From: Myxococcota bacterium
Lineage (GTDB): Bacteria; Myxococcota_A; UBA796; GCA-2862545
Direction: 5' to 3'
Length of the DNA: 64,000 nt
Assembly: GCA_039208735.1 (NCBI GenBank)
Contig: JBCCQY010000030.1
Location: forward strand, 9,815 to 73,814
Shown: one piece after another, positions 48,264 through 57,266 of the stretch
Position numbering within the stretch: the stretch's first letter is position 1
Layout: each line of letters opens with the position of its first letter
The notes under the pieces: model-generated
Seen by the model: only the letters and a program-made list of their open reading frames with translations
Told to the model about the DNA's origin: nothing
Databases searched by the model: none
Made by a program: the position numbers and the translations under genes

Positions 48264-49279
48264 CGGGACCGAGGCTTGCCGTCGCGGATGTTCGACTGGT
48301 CGCGCAGTCGCAACAACGCTTCGCGTTCGATCTGACGCACCCGTTCCCGCGAGAGGCTCATCTCTTTGCCGACTTCGGACAACGTGCGGAACTCGCCATC
48401 ATCGAGGCCGTAGCGCCGGGTCAGGACGAACCGATGTCGTTCCGAAAGCACGACATCAAACGCCTGGTGCATGCGCTTGAGTTCCTGCGTCATGATGGCG
48501 TCGTCGTCGGGCGAGGTGGCGTCTTCATCGGAGAGGAACCGTTCGAGGGGTCGCGGACGCGGCCCGTCGTCGACCGGCTGCTCGAGCGAAATGGTGGTGC
48601 CTTGCGAAAGCAATAGTTCGGCGCGTTCTTTGTCGATGCCGACTTCGTTGGCGAGGTCGGAAACCCCGTAGGCCACACCGGCCGCATCGAAGCGCTTCAT
48701 GGCTTTGCGCAAATTGCGCGTCTGCTCGACGGCACACCCCGGCAGCCGTACCGGGCGACCGGTATGGTCGATCGCACGGGTCATCTGGGCCCGCACCCAC
48801 CACCGAGCGTACGTCGAGAATCGGATGCCGCGGTCCGGGTCGAAGCGCTTGGCCGCGCGAAGCAACCCGATGTAGCCCTCTTGCACGAGGTCCTCTTCGT
48901 CCATGAAGGGTCCCGCAAGCTTGCGAGCTTCTCCATGGGCGATGCGTCGACCGGACATCGCCAGACGCCACCGCAGCGACTCTGCTTCGTTCCACGCCCC
49001 CTTTGCGGCTCGGGCCTGCGCCTTGTGCTCAGGGTCACTCTTTCCGACCTTCCAAAACAGCTCGACGGCTGCTTCCAGGCGGTCGACCGAGCCCGCACGA
49101 GTGCGCTCAGCCCGTTCGGGGGACTGCATCATCACCGCGACCGCCTCGTCGTGGCCCTGCAACGCGTCGCGCGCACGAGCCTCCGCCGAATGGATGTCGC
49201 GGGCAATCTCGATTTCCTCCTCGGCCGTCAGACGCTCCGAGCGCCGGGCCAAGCGAGCCAGCGAGAAGGGATTGGCCAT
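48260..49279 (-). CDS. Sigma-70 factor, RpoD/RpoS-related, lacking region 1.1
   Basis: LTAEEE, DLVQEGYIGL, FDPDRGIRFSTYARWW, PVRLP, TLSEVG-x4-LSRERVRQIE. Confidence 0.92.
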   Translation of the reverse strand: MANPFSLARLARRSERLTAEEEIEIARDIHSAEARARDALQGHDEAVAVMMQSPERAERTRAGSVDRLEAAVELFWKVGKSDPEHKAQARAAKGAWNEAESLRWRLAMSGRRIAHGEARKLAGPFMDEEDLVQEGYIGLLRAAKRFDPDRGIRFSTYARWWVRAQMTRAIDHTGRPVRLPGCAVEQTRNLRKAMKRFDAAGVAYGVSDLANEVGIDKERAELLLSQGTTISLEQPVDDGPRPRPLERFLSDEDATSPDDDAIMTQELKRMHQAFDVVLSERHRFVLTRRYGLDDGEFRTLSEVGKEMSLSRERVRQIEREALLRLRDQSNIRDGKPRSR

Positions 49280-49530
49280 GGGGTCCGTCCCGCGTCCCAA
49301 GGACGCCAGAGTTGGGGGTGAAGGGAGTAGGTTGCGGAACCTTGGGGACCTGCGGGGCCGCGGGATTCGCCGTCAGAGTCCGTCGTCCTACCCCTGGGTA
49401 GACAAAATGGTGTAGTCGGGTCTCGCCACACCAGCAAGTCGGCTCGCGTCCGCGCGATAGGCGGACCGTTGTGGCGGTGCCCGCTGAACCCGACGGGCTA
49501 CGCTGCCGATTCTCCTGAAGAGGAGCTGCC

Positions 49531-50235
49531 ATGCAACGGTCCGTCGGAACCTCATCGAGGTTCATCGTTCTTCCAAGGGTCATTGTGACCGAGGCCGTGG
49601 CAACGGTACGCCTCGGCTTGTGGCCGCTTGGATGGCTCCGGCCGCTGCCCGCGCCTCCTCGTCCTGAAACCGGTCGCCCCATCGTGCTCGTCCATGGTTT
49701 TCTCGGGCACCCCGAGATGTGGCGGACGCTGACCCGTCGCCTGTACGAGAACCATCTCGGCCCGGTTCACGCCGTCGGATACCCCAGCACGCGATTTGCC
49801 ATCGATGAGATTGCGCGCCGCATCCATCGGGCGGTGGTTCCCTTGGCGGCGCAAGGCCCCATCGACGTCGTCGGGCACTCTCTTGGTGCAGTGGCCACCC
49901 GGGCGTGGCTCAAGCGTTTTGGGGGAGCCTCGTACGTGCGGCGCTTCATCTCGCTCGGCGGGCCGCATGCCGGCACCGACTTCTACCGCTTCGCTCCGTC
50001 GGTGCTGTGGCCCGTCCTCAATCCCGAGGGCTACTGGCCCAAGCTGCTCGCGCAGGACCCTGAGCCTGTTGAGACGGTGGTCATTCGCTCACGGTACGAC
50101 CAACACGTCGTGCCCCCCGTGCGAGCCGCCCTCCCCGGCATCGAGGAAATCGTGCTGTCTGGCGGAGGCCACAACGGACTGCTGTGGTCGCGGGAGTCTT
50201 GCGACGCGGTCATTGAGGTGTTGAAGCGGGACTGA
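49531..50235 (+). CDS. Alpha/beta hydrolase (lipase/esterase)
   Basis: VLVHGF, VGHSLG nucleophile elbow, D-x2-V, GHNGLL. Confidence 0.88.
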   Translation: MQRSVGTSSRFIVLPRVIVTEAVATVRLGLWPLGWLRPLPAPPRPETGRPIVLVHGFLGHPEMWRTLTRRLYENHLGPVHAVGYPSTRFAIDEIARRIHRAVVPLAAQGPIDVVGHSLGAVATRAWLKRFGGASYVRRFISLGGPHAGTDFYRFAPSVLWPVLNPEGYWPKLLAQDPEPVETVVIRSRYDQHVVPPVRAALPGIEEIVLSGGGHNGLLWSRESCDAVIEVLKRD

Positions 50236-51739
50236 CCTCGTCGTCCAGGTCCTCGGGCCCGAGCCGTTCGACCACGAACACCCGGCCCTCGTCGGTCTTC
50301 TGGATGCCCCACGCCAGGAAGGCTTCGTCGGTCCAAGGCTCGATGGAAGTACTGCGAACCCGCCTGACCTTCTCGCCCTCCTCATCGACCCGGCGTTGCG
50401 ACTTGCGGTCGTCGACCACGGTGCCTGCGTCGAACACTCGCGTAAAGAGCTTGCGCCGGCTCGCGTAGATCATGGTGATGCGGTCCCCGTCAACCGTGAC
50501 CCGTACATGCGGCTTGATCGCATAGGACTGCACGTTGCCAATGGACAGCGACGCATCCCACACCAGCTCCCCTTGGGGACTGAACGCCACCGCCACGGCG
50601 TGCGTAAAGCGAAAGCCCCGGAACTCCGTGATGGTCGTGGTCGTCGTCACCGTGCGACCGTTGACCATCTGCGTCGTCGTTTGGGTACGGGTCTCAAACA
50701 CCGGGTAGTACGCTTCGCCCACCACGATGACGTTTCCCGTCGCCTCGTCCTGCACCGCCTGATGAACATCGAACCGAACGTCCAGATCGATGTCGTCGCC
50801 CTTCCGCTTCTTCTTTTCAAGGCGTTCGGCGATGCGGCGCTGTCGACGCTCACTTAGATGGTCGAAAAAGTGGTTCATCTCTGTGAAGCTGTGGGTTTCC
50901 GTGCGCCGGATGTTCCCCTTGGTGTCGAGATGCGCCATGTAGAGGCCTTGGGCGCGAGACCCCTTGACCTCATCCGCGTACGACCCCACCACGATGCTTT
51001 CACCGTTCTCAAAGCCCTGGCGCTGGATGCTCAACGGGTTGATGGGCGTTTCAAAGTCGCGCGCTTGCAGCGTGAGGCGCTTGGACAACTCCCCTCGTTT
51101 GGCCGTCATCAGGTGCTGAACGCGAAGCCGCTTCTTCACCGACCACGCCGAAAGCTCGATCGCTCCTTCGTCGGTGGTCGCCAACCGTTCGTAGAACGAC
51201 TTCTTCGGCAACCCCGAGGAGACGGTCTTGGCTCGCCCCCCGTCAAGGTCGAAGGACGTGATAACGCCCTGCGTCCCTCCCAATGCGGTACGCCGGCCTG
51301 AGATGAGCCACCCTTCGTTGTCGGCAACTTCGAAGCCGAGGATTTGGCGGCTCTTTCGGGCCACTTCGATCCGCTCGACCGGACGCTCGGACCCGGCTCG
51401 GGGAATCCCCACCAGCGCCGTCGTGCCCCGGCGGGCGTAGACGAGCCACGCGTGGTCGTCGGTCACCGCATGGTCGAGGGGTCGCCCCGGTCCCGCCTCG
51501 GGCAGCGTGCGAGACCAGCGCAACCCAAAGTCCTGGTCAAACGAGGCTACGGCGGGACCCTCCTCGCCCTCCCCAAGCAGCAGCCAACCGTCGTCCAGGG
51601 GCACCACCTCCCAGACTTCGTTCTTGGCGGCGGGGAGGCTCAAACGCTGCTGAGAAGCGATCATCGACGCCGTTTCGGGGTCGGCCACCGGCAACGGATG
51701 GGCCAACGCCTCGATCGCAAACAGGGCCATTGCCAGCAT
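50210..51739 (-). CDS. Exported beta-propeller-like hypothetical protein
   Basis: GGAGGA SD, signal peptide, beta-strand-rich sequence. Confidence 0.7.
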   Translation of the reverse strand: MLAMALFAIEALAHPLPVADPETASMIASQQRLSLPAAKNEVWEVVPLDDGWLLLGEGEEGPAVASFDQDFGLRWSRTLPEAGPGRPLDHAVTDDHAWLVYARRGTTALVGIPRAGSERPVERIEVARKSRQILGFEVADNEGWLISGRRTALGGTQGVITSFDLDGGRAKTVSSGLPKKSFYERLATTDEGAIELSAWSVKKRLRVQHLMTAKRGELSKRLTLQARDFETPINPLSIQRQGFENGESIVVGSYADEVKGSRAQGLYMAHLDTKGNIRRTETHSFTEMNHFFDHLSERRQRRIAERLEKKKRKGDDIDLDVRFDVHQAVQDEATGNVIVVGEAYYPVFETRTQTTTQMVNGRTVTTTTTITEFRGFRFTHAVAVAFSPQGELVWDASLSIGNVQSYAIKPHVRVTVDGDRITMIYASRRKLFTRVFDAGTVVDDRKSQRRVDEEGEKVRRVRSTSIEPWTDEAFLAWGIQKTDEGRVFVVERLGPEDLDDEVSPASTPQ

Positions 51740-51776
51740 GGTTAGTCCTCCAGGCAAGCCATTTACCGAGTCTGCC

Positions 51777-52769
51777 TCACCCGCGCTTCGTTGAGCCGTG
51801 CTGGATGCAGGCTTTTGCAATCGCCCCTGCGAATCGGTCCATGGCTGCGCGGTAGGGCGTGTCGGGCAGTGCCTTCAAGGACTGGCGCGCGAGCCATGAT
51901 TCCCGCAACAGGGCTTCGCGCGATGCGGCCAGCCCACCCTTGCTGACGGCCAACGCGACCCGCTCCGCACCGTCGAGGGTGGGGCGACGGGCCAACTCGC
52001 GCCATTCGTCGGCAATGCCCTCGGTCTGACCAATGGCCGAGATGAGCGGCAACGCGGGCCGACCCGAGGCCGCCCTCGACAACACGTGTTGGGCCGCGTG
52101 GCCTTGGTCGAAGGCGCAGATGTCTTCGGCGATGTGCCATTGCCGACCCAGGTGGCGGCCGTATCGGCCCAACGCCACGACCTGACGGAGCCGGGCGCGC
52201 CCAAGGTGGCCTCCGACACGGCAGCAGAACGCAAACAACGCACCGGTGTGGGCGTCGGCGTGGTCGAGCCAGTCGGCGACCTGTGGCCGCTTGCCCACGA
52301 GGTCGCGAGAAAGGGCTTGCGCATCGGCGAAGGACCGCAAGGTGTCGACCAGTTCTTCAAGTACGCCAGGATGGTCGGTCGTTCGGGACAATTCCAACGC
52401 GCGCAATGTGAGGTGGTTGCCCGCGAGCCACCCCACGGACTGGCTCACCAACCGTCGAGCCATCCGTCGGCGGCGACCGCCCTCGCGGCCCAAGGCGAGA
52501 TCGTGAACCCGGAGGGCCAGGTGGAGCATTTCGGCTGCGTGTTGCGCTTCTTGGTTGACGGCGTGGGCGCCGGTTGCGCGCGCGGCGAGCGCCACGAGGA
52601 TGGGTCGAATGCGAGGAATCTCGGTGCGTCCGACTTCGATGTCGGGACCCGCTACCGAGGCCACCGCGTCGTCTCCGACGAGGTCGTCGGCCACGAGATT
52701 TCGCATGCCAGCGAGCTCAGAGCCTGCGGGCATCCACTCGAGCCAACCGTCGGGTGCTAATCGCCCCAT
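51777..52769 (-). CDS. Polyprenyl-diphosphate synthase-family protein with degenerate catalytic motifs
   Basis: RIRP, AEMLH-x5-HD, GNHL, TGALF, YGRHLG-x2-WHIAED; DDxxD motifs absent. Confidence 0.75.
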   Translation of the reverse strand: MGRLAPDGWLEWMPAGSELAGMRNLVADDLVGDDAVASVAGPDIEVGRTEIPRIRPILVALAARATGAHAVNQEAQHAAEMLHLALRVHDLALGREGGRRRRMARRLVSQSVGWLAGNHLTLRALELSRTTDHPGVLEELVDTLRSFADAQALSRDLVGKRPQVADWLDHADAHTGALFAFCCRVGGHLGRARLRQVVALGRYGRHLGRQWHIAEDICAFDQGHAAQHVLSRAASGRPALPLISAIGQTEGIADEWRELARRPTLDGAERVALAVSKGGLAASREALLRESWLARQSLKALPDTPYRAAMDRFAGAIAKACIQHGSTKRG

Positions 52770-53013
52770 CCGAGCGGCCTCCCAGGCGCAGCTTTACGCC
52801 CAGACGACTCCGTAGCGCGGCTCGCATGCCACGGCATCGCATGAAACCGTGAAGACGCGATCCCTGCACAATCTCGCCTCATCATCGACCGCCCCGCGCC
52901 CCGCTTTGCGGCACGTCTGCATCGGTTCGCTGCGTCGTCCCCCGACTCATCGCCAATAAGACCCGAGGACAAGAGGATGGCCCTTCCTGGAGTTGGGCCA
53001 CGCAGGAGACGGC

Positions 53014-53298
53014 ATGAGCAGCCCCCAGACGCCCAAGTCCGAGACTTCCCAGCAGCTCTTCTGGCTACTGCTGATTCCGGCCGGCCTGTTGCTTGGGTTC
53101 GGCATCATCATTTTGCCGTGGTCGTTCGGCTGGGAAGGCGGCTGTCTCAACTGTGACTTCGAAGGCATCGGCTACTCGGCCCTCGACAACCTTGGGCCCC
53201 TGCCCGCCTTCAACCTCGCCCCAGGCCTCATCACGCTCGGCGTGCTGCTGCTCGTCATTTTGAACTCGCAGGCTTGGAAGTACACCGACGGCTATTGA
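53014..53298 (+). CDS. Small two-TM membrane protein with CxxC loop
   Basis: AGGAG SD; two hydrophobic segments; GCLNC in the loop. Confidence 0.7.
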   Translation: MSSPQTPKSETSQQLFWLLLIPAGLLLGFGIIILPWSFGWEGGCLNCDFEGIGYSALDNLGPLPAFNLAPGLITLGVLLLVILNSQAWKYTDGY

Positions 53299-53330
53299 GG
53301 TCGAGCGGGATTCCGCTCACCTGATGTGGG

Positions 53331-54923
53331 TCACGGCTCCGTTTCGGCCCGTCGCGAAATCCGTCCGATGCGGCGCGTGCGCAATCGAAGGGAAATGCCT
53401 GCGAGTCCTGTCATTTCGAACAGCGTTCGCCACTGTTCAAAGTCGATGCGGGCCCAATGGGGATGAACGCGAAACCCGAGGTCGATGCCAAATGCTGGCC
53501 CGACCGACAGCTGTGCACCCACATGGCCAAACGCTCCCGGCACCCATTGCGCAGCGGAGAACACGACGGGGTCGATGTCGTCCTGTTCGAGATCGAGCGC
53601 CTCAACGAGCTGCGTGATGCGGCTCACGGTAGGTCCAACCCCCGCGTACAGGTCGACTCGCCCAACGTTGCGCTCCGCATACAGGCCCGTGCCGAACGTG
53701 AGATGCGTCGTTTGCAGGCTTCGGGTGAAGTCCCACACCGATCCCAATCCACCGCCGCCAAAGGCGCCAAGGTTGAGGCGGGGGGAAATGCGAATGCGCA
53801 GGTCGATCTCTCCGCCGTAGGTCGCAGGCGTCCCACTCAAGCGAGAGGTCGACCCAAACCCTTTGACGGTGAGCCGGATCGGCCGGGGTTGCCAACCGCC
53901 ACGAGCCAGCGGATCGCCAAGAGGCACCGAGGACATCTGTGTTTCGTCGACCAGTCGGTCCCCACCCCACGCCAAATCGAGTTCCGCGAGCAAGACGTCT
54001 TCTCGACGCACTTTGCGCACCACATACCGGCCCGGAGGCAAGGCAATGCGCTGTGGCTCGCCCGGACGCTTCTGGACCCGCGCCACGACCTGACCTGACG
54101 ACACACTCACCACCGTGTAGGTGCCCTCCAACTCTTCAGGAAGGCTAAGCCCGGCGGCCCGGCCCGGAACGCGAGTGAGTACGACCCGCCCCACTCCACC
54201 GATCTCGTAGCGGTACTCGGGCCGTTGAATGGCACTCCCGGACCGCGCCGTCGAACGCACCGTCTGCTCGAAGGCGTAGCGATAGGCTTCGTCGAGGGTG
54301 ATTTCCCCATCCCCGTTGCCGTCCGCGGAGCCCCGCAGTCCGGTGATGAGCGCTCTCGAGAAGACGCCGCCTCCGTACGATGCGGCCTCCCGTGCGGCAG
54401 AGAGCGGGCCCGTGGATGTGACAATCGCCAAGCCCGATGCCGTCAGCGCGTCGTCGACCGCGACCTCAACATGCTCGACCGCGGTAGCTCCCCGGTCCCG
54501 CGCCAGGCTGCCGGATTCACAAGCATCGACGAACGCAACCCGCACATCGGCCGACGAACTCTCCAACCAGCGCTTTAGATCACGCAACCCGTACAACGAG
54601 CCGGCCATGTGCAGTCCGGTCGAACTCGCATGGCCCGAGTAGTAAAAGACGACCATCGCGTCGTCCCCCCGCGCCGAGGCCTCTCGAACCTGGCCCTCCA
54701 CCTGGGCGATAGCCCGACCCAGTTCCTTCGCAGAGGCCCCCTGGAGCACGGTCACCCGGTCCCGGTCCACTCCGCCTCGGTCGACGAACAAACGCGACAT
54801 TCGGCGCGCCTCTTCTTCGGCGTAGACCAGCGGATCGTCGGTGCCATACCCAAGGTTGTTGCCGACAAACAGCCCTACCCGGGTCGTTCCGGCAAGCGCC
54901 GCGGCGGTCCACAACACAATCAT
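53331..54923 (-). CDS. Exported caspase-like (C14) peptidase with C-terminal beta-barrel-like domain
   Basis: Signal peptide, VGNN-x-G, YYSGHA (His), VDACESG (Cys), GLRGSADGNGDGEITLDEAY. Confidence 0.88.
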   Translation of the reverse strand: MIVLWTAAALAGTTRVGLFVGNNLGYGTDDPLVYAEEEARRMSRLFVDRGGVDRDRVTVLQGASAKELGRAIAQVEGQVREASARGDDAMVVFYYSGHASSTGLHMAGSLYGLRDLKRWLESSSADVRVAFVDACESGSLARDRGATAVEHVEVAVDDALTASGLAIVTSTGPLSAAREAASYGGGVFSRALITGLRGSADGNGDGEITLDEAYRYAFEQTVRSTARSGSAIQRPEYRYEIGGVGRVVLTRVPGRAAGLSLPEELEGTYTVVSVSSGQVVARVQKRPGEPQRIALPPGRYVVRKVRREDVLLAELDLAWGGDRLVDETQMSSVPLGDPLARGGWQPRPIRLTVKGFGSTSRLSGTPATYGGEIDLRIRISPRLNLGAFGGGGLGSVWDFTRSLQTTHLTFGTGLYAERNVGRVDLYAGVGPTVSRITQLVEALDLEQDDIDPVVFSAAQWVPGAFGHVGAQLSVGPAFGIDLGFRVHPHWARIDFEQWRTLFEMTGLAGISLRLRTRRIGRISRRAETEP

Positions 54924-55627
54924 GGCCGCACCACCAGGACCGAGCGCTGATCTTCGATCTTCAGGGGCAAGGCGTCCAGGTCGGCCACCGGGCGGTCCCA
55001 CGCACGTTCCACCGCATCGCGCACGTGGAGCAACGTGAGTTCCTGGTCGTCGAAGAGGAAGTAGATGCGCTCCGAACCCTCATAGTCGTCAAACTGTGCC
55101 GCACCCTGAATCAGCTCGTGGGCGTCGATGGGCGTTGAATCGTAAATCACGGAGACCGCTCCATCGTCCTGAACGTCGACCACCATCAGGTGGCCATCGG
55201 TATCGGAACTGATCGTGTATTGGAGCCGATCCCCAGCCTGGACCTCGACCACCGGGCCCTGCGGTTTGGCGCGGTCTCCCCGGACGCGCTCGACCTCCAC
55301 GTCGAGGGTCCCGCGAAACTGCACCGCATCGGGCGGGGGCGCTCGGAACCACAGCACCAACGCAGCGGCTAGGGCGAGGGTGCTCGCGACCAAGGCGACC
55401 GGGAACAATCGCACAACCTTGCCTGGTTCAGCCTCGTCATCCGGCCACACGGGGGCCGGTGGCAAGTCGTCCGCAGCGGCCGCGACGGCATTGCGCACCG
55501 CCTGCAGGCGCTCCGCAAGCTCAGGGTCCGTCTCGACCTGAGACTCGATCCGAGCGACATCAGCTTCGTCGAGATCCCCGAGCGCAAACCGCTCGAGTTG
55601 CAAACGAGAGATCGGGTCAGTGGACAT
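54920..55627 (-). CDS. Membrane anti-sigma-like protein with DUF4384-like C-domain
   Basis: LERFALGDL N-domain, single TM, FRG, GDRLQY...GSERIYFLF; overlaps both neighbours. Confidence 0.7.
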   Translation of the reverse strand: MSTDPISRLQLERFALGDLDEADVARIESQVETDPELAERLQAVRNAVAAAADDLPPAPVWPDDEAEPGKVVRLFPVALVASTLALAAALVLWFRAPPPDAVQFRGTLDVEVERVRGDRAKPQGPVVEVQAGDRLQYTISSDTDGHLMVVDVQDDGAVSVIYDSTPIDAHELIQGAAQFDDYEGSERIYFLFDDQELTLLHVRDAVERAWDRPVADLDALPLKIEDQRSVLVVRP

Positions 55628-56105
55628 GGGACGTCTCCGAAATGCCCAGGATCGCACGGGCGCGTCGTTCGATGCGTTCGAGACGACGTCGAAGGGTTCT
55701 CGAGGAGGTGTCGAAGTGCTCCGCAATCTCGTGGATGCGCCAGCCCTCGGCGTGTCGCAACCGCAGGATTGCGGCATCTTCTGGATTGAAGCCTGAGAGG
55801 AGTTTGGCCGAATCGAGGCGGGCCCCCATCGATACGGGCGCATCTGGCAGATCGAGCCAGGCGCGGGGCTCGTCGACCCAGGGCCGACGACGGCGTAGCA
55901 GGTCGACACACGTGTTCCGAGCGATCGTCTGCAACCAGGCGAGCGGATGCCGCCCGTCAAACCTTCGACGAGCCCGCCAAGCCCTAAGGAAGGTGTCCTG
56001 CAACGCCTCGTCCGCATCGACGGGGTTGCCACACATCGCACGACACCGGGCCCGGACTGCAGGTGCGTACCGCGTGTAGAGGTCGTCGAACTCGCGCTTG
56101 TTCAC
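55617..56105 (-). CDS. ECF sigma factor
   Basis: LYTRYAPAV, DADEALQDTF, WLQTIARNTCVD, EIAE-x5-RTLRRRL. Confidence 0.9.
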   Translation of the reverse strand: MNKREFDDLYTRYAPAVRARCRAMCGNPVDADEALQDTFLRAWRARRRFDGRHPLAWLQTIARNTCVDLLRRRRPWVDEPRAWLDLPDAPVSMGARLDSAKLLSGFNPEDAAILRLRHAEGWRIHEIAEHFDTSSRTLRRRLERIERRARAILGISETSHVH

Positions 56106-56833
56106 GGACAGCCCCCCACGGTGCCGTCCTCGATGGCTCCCGACCACAGGTCGAGATGCTCCTCGCCTGCCCACCCTGTCCAGAACACGCGGATCTCGTC
56201 CTCGATGTGGACGGGACTCAATGCCAATTCCGGACGATCCGCCGAGATGGCGGCGTAGTTCACGTCCACCCAGGTGGCTCCATTGCCGTCCAGCGCTTCG
56301 TCCGCGTCGAGGATCAAGGGGAAAATCTCGCTGATCTCATCAGTGTCGCCGCTCGTGTGCAGCCGCGCCACGTCTCCCACCCCCCACACGCCACGGTCGA
56401 ACGAAAGCGGTCGACGCACCGGGCCGTCCCTTTCGGAGGCCGTGCGATACCGTTCCAGATCGACGAGGATGGGGTACCCGAGGGCGTACTCGAGCAGTGG
56501 CTCGTCAGGATCCTCCTTGAAGTCCTCCTCGTCCGGGTACAACGAAATCCAACGGGCCGGCTCCGTAAACGGCGCATCAACTACGATCTCACCGAGCGAT
56601 GCGGGGGTCGCGTCGATGATCTCGGTCGGAACCGGTTCACAGTCGACGACCAGTGGGCCGTACTGACTCTGCCAGGCCAATACCCACCCCGGTTCGTTGG
56701 GCAGCGGGTTCACATCGAACAGATCCTCGAGGGCCCGCTCCGACAAGAGCGGCTCACCACAGGCAGACACCGCCAGCGCGATCGCACCGACATGAAGCAA
56801 CGAGGCAGGCTTGAAGGGCTTTCGAGACAACAT
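56102..56833 (-). CDS. Acidic putative lipoprotein
   Basis: VSAC lipobox; GTGA overlap with the ECF gene. Confidence 0.7.
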   Translation of the reverse strand: MLSRKPFKPASLLHVGAIALAVSACGEPLLSERALEDLFDVNPLPNEPGWVLAWQSQYGPLVVDCEPVPTEIIDATPASLGEIVVDAPFTEPARWISLYPDEEDFKEDPDEPLLEYALGYPILVDLERYRTASERDGPVRRPLSFDRGVWGVGDVARLHTSGDTDEISEIFPLILDADEALDGNGATWVDVNYAAISADRPELALSPVHIEDEIRVFWTGWAGEEHLDLWSGAIEDGTVGGCP

Positions 56834-56984
56834 TCCCCCGCGCTGGGCAGTCACCACCGTCTCTTGCGTTCTGAACGCGCTCGCCACCTGGATGGGGCAC
56901 CTTTTTTGATCGAGAGGGGCGATCACGGCTTGACGACGGGATTCGAACCGTTACCGCATAGTCACCGCCGACTGGAGGTGCTTG

Positions 56985-57020
56985 ATGAAGCTCGCGTCCA
57001 TGTTCACCATCTGCGCCTAA
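56985..57020 (+). CDS. Putative leader peptide MKLASMFTICA
   Basis: GGAGGTG at 56974-56980, ATG 56985, TAA 57018-57020; lies in the leader of the ABC exporter. Confidence 0.55.
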   Translation: MKLASMFTICA

Positions 57021-57266
57021 GCACGCCCGTCGCGCCTGTGTGAGTCCGCCCTCGCGGATTCCACCCTGGTCTTCAAAACCGGACCCTCCATGGGTCGCGT
57101 CGCGCCTGCTCGCCATGAGGGCCCAGGCTGCCGTTCGCGTTTTCGCGCGACGGAGAGGGACTTGGCCCTAAGCAGTTGGCCCCGTGCACCCGCACGGCGG
57201 CGGTGCCTCGTTTCTGCCTTGATTCGCGTCTGCCCCCTGGACGCGACGACCTTCCGGGAATTCCCA
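57021..57266 (+). promoter_or_regulatory. Structured 5' leader, candidate attenuator
   Basis: Successive hairpins and alternative pairings; GGGAATTCCC palindrome over the likely SD. Confidence 0.45.

Noticed and set aside
52817..52831. Sigma-54-like TGGCAT-N7-GC upstream of the prenyltransferase-like gene
   Set aside because: Lacks the TT before GC; too weak in GC-rich DNA.
56928..56953. GGTTCGAATCCC tRNA T-arm-like motif on the minus strand
   Set aside because: 5-bp T-stem does not pair properly and there is no D or anticodon arm; no integrase nearby to suggest an att site.
57043..57153. tRNA-Sec-like anticodon arm CTGGT-CTTCAAA-ACCGG with flanking stems
   Set aside because: No GGTTCGA T-loop and no acceptor stem can be formed; treated as part of the structured leader.
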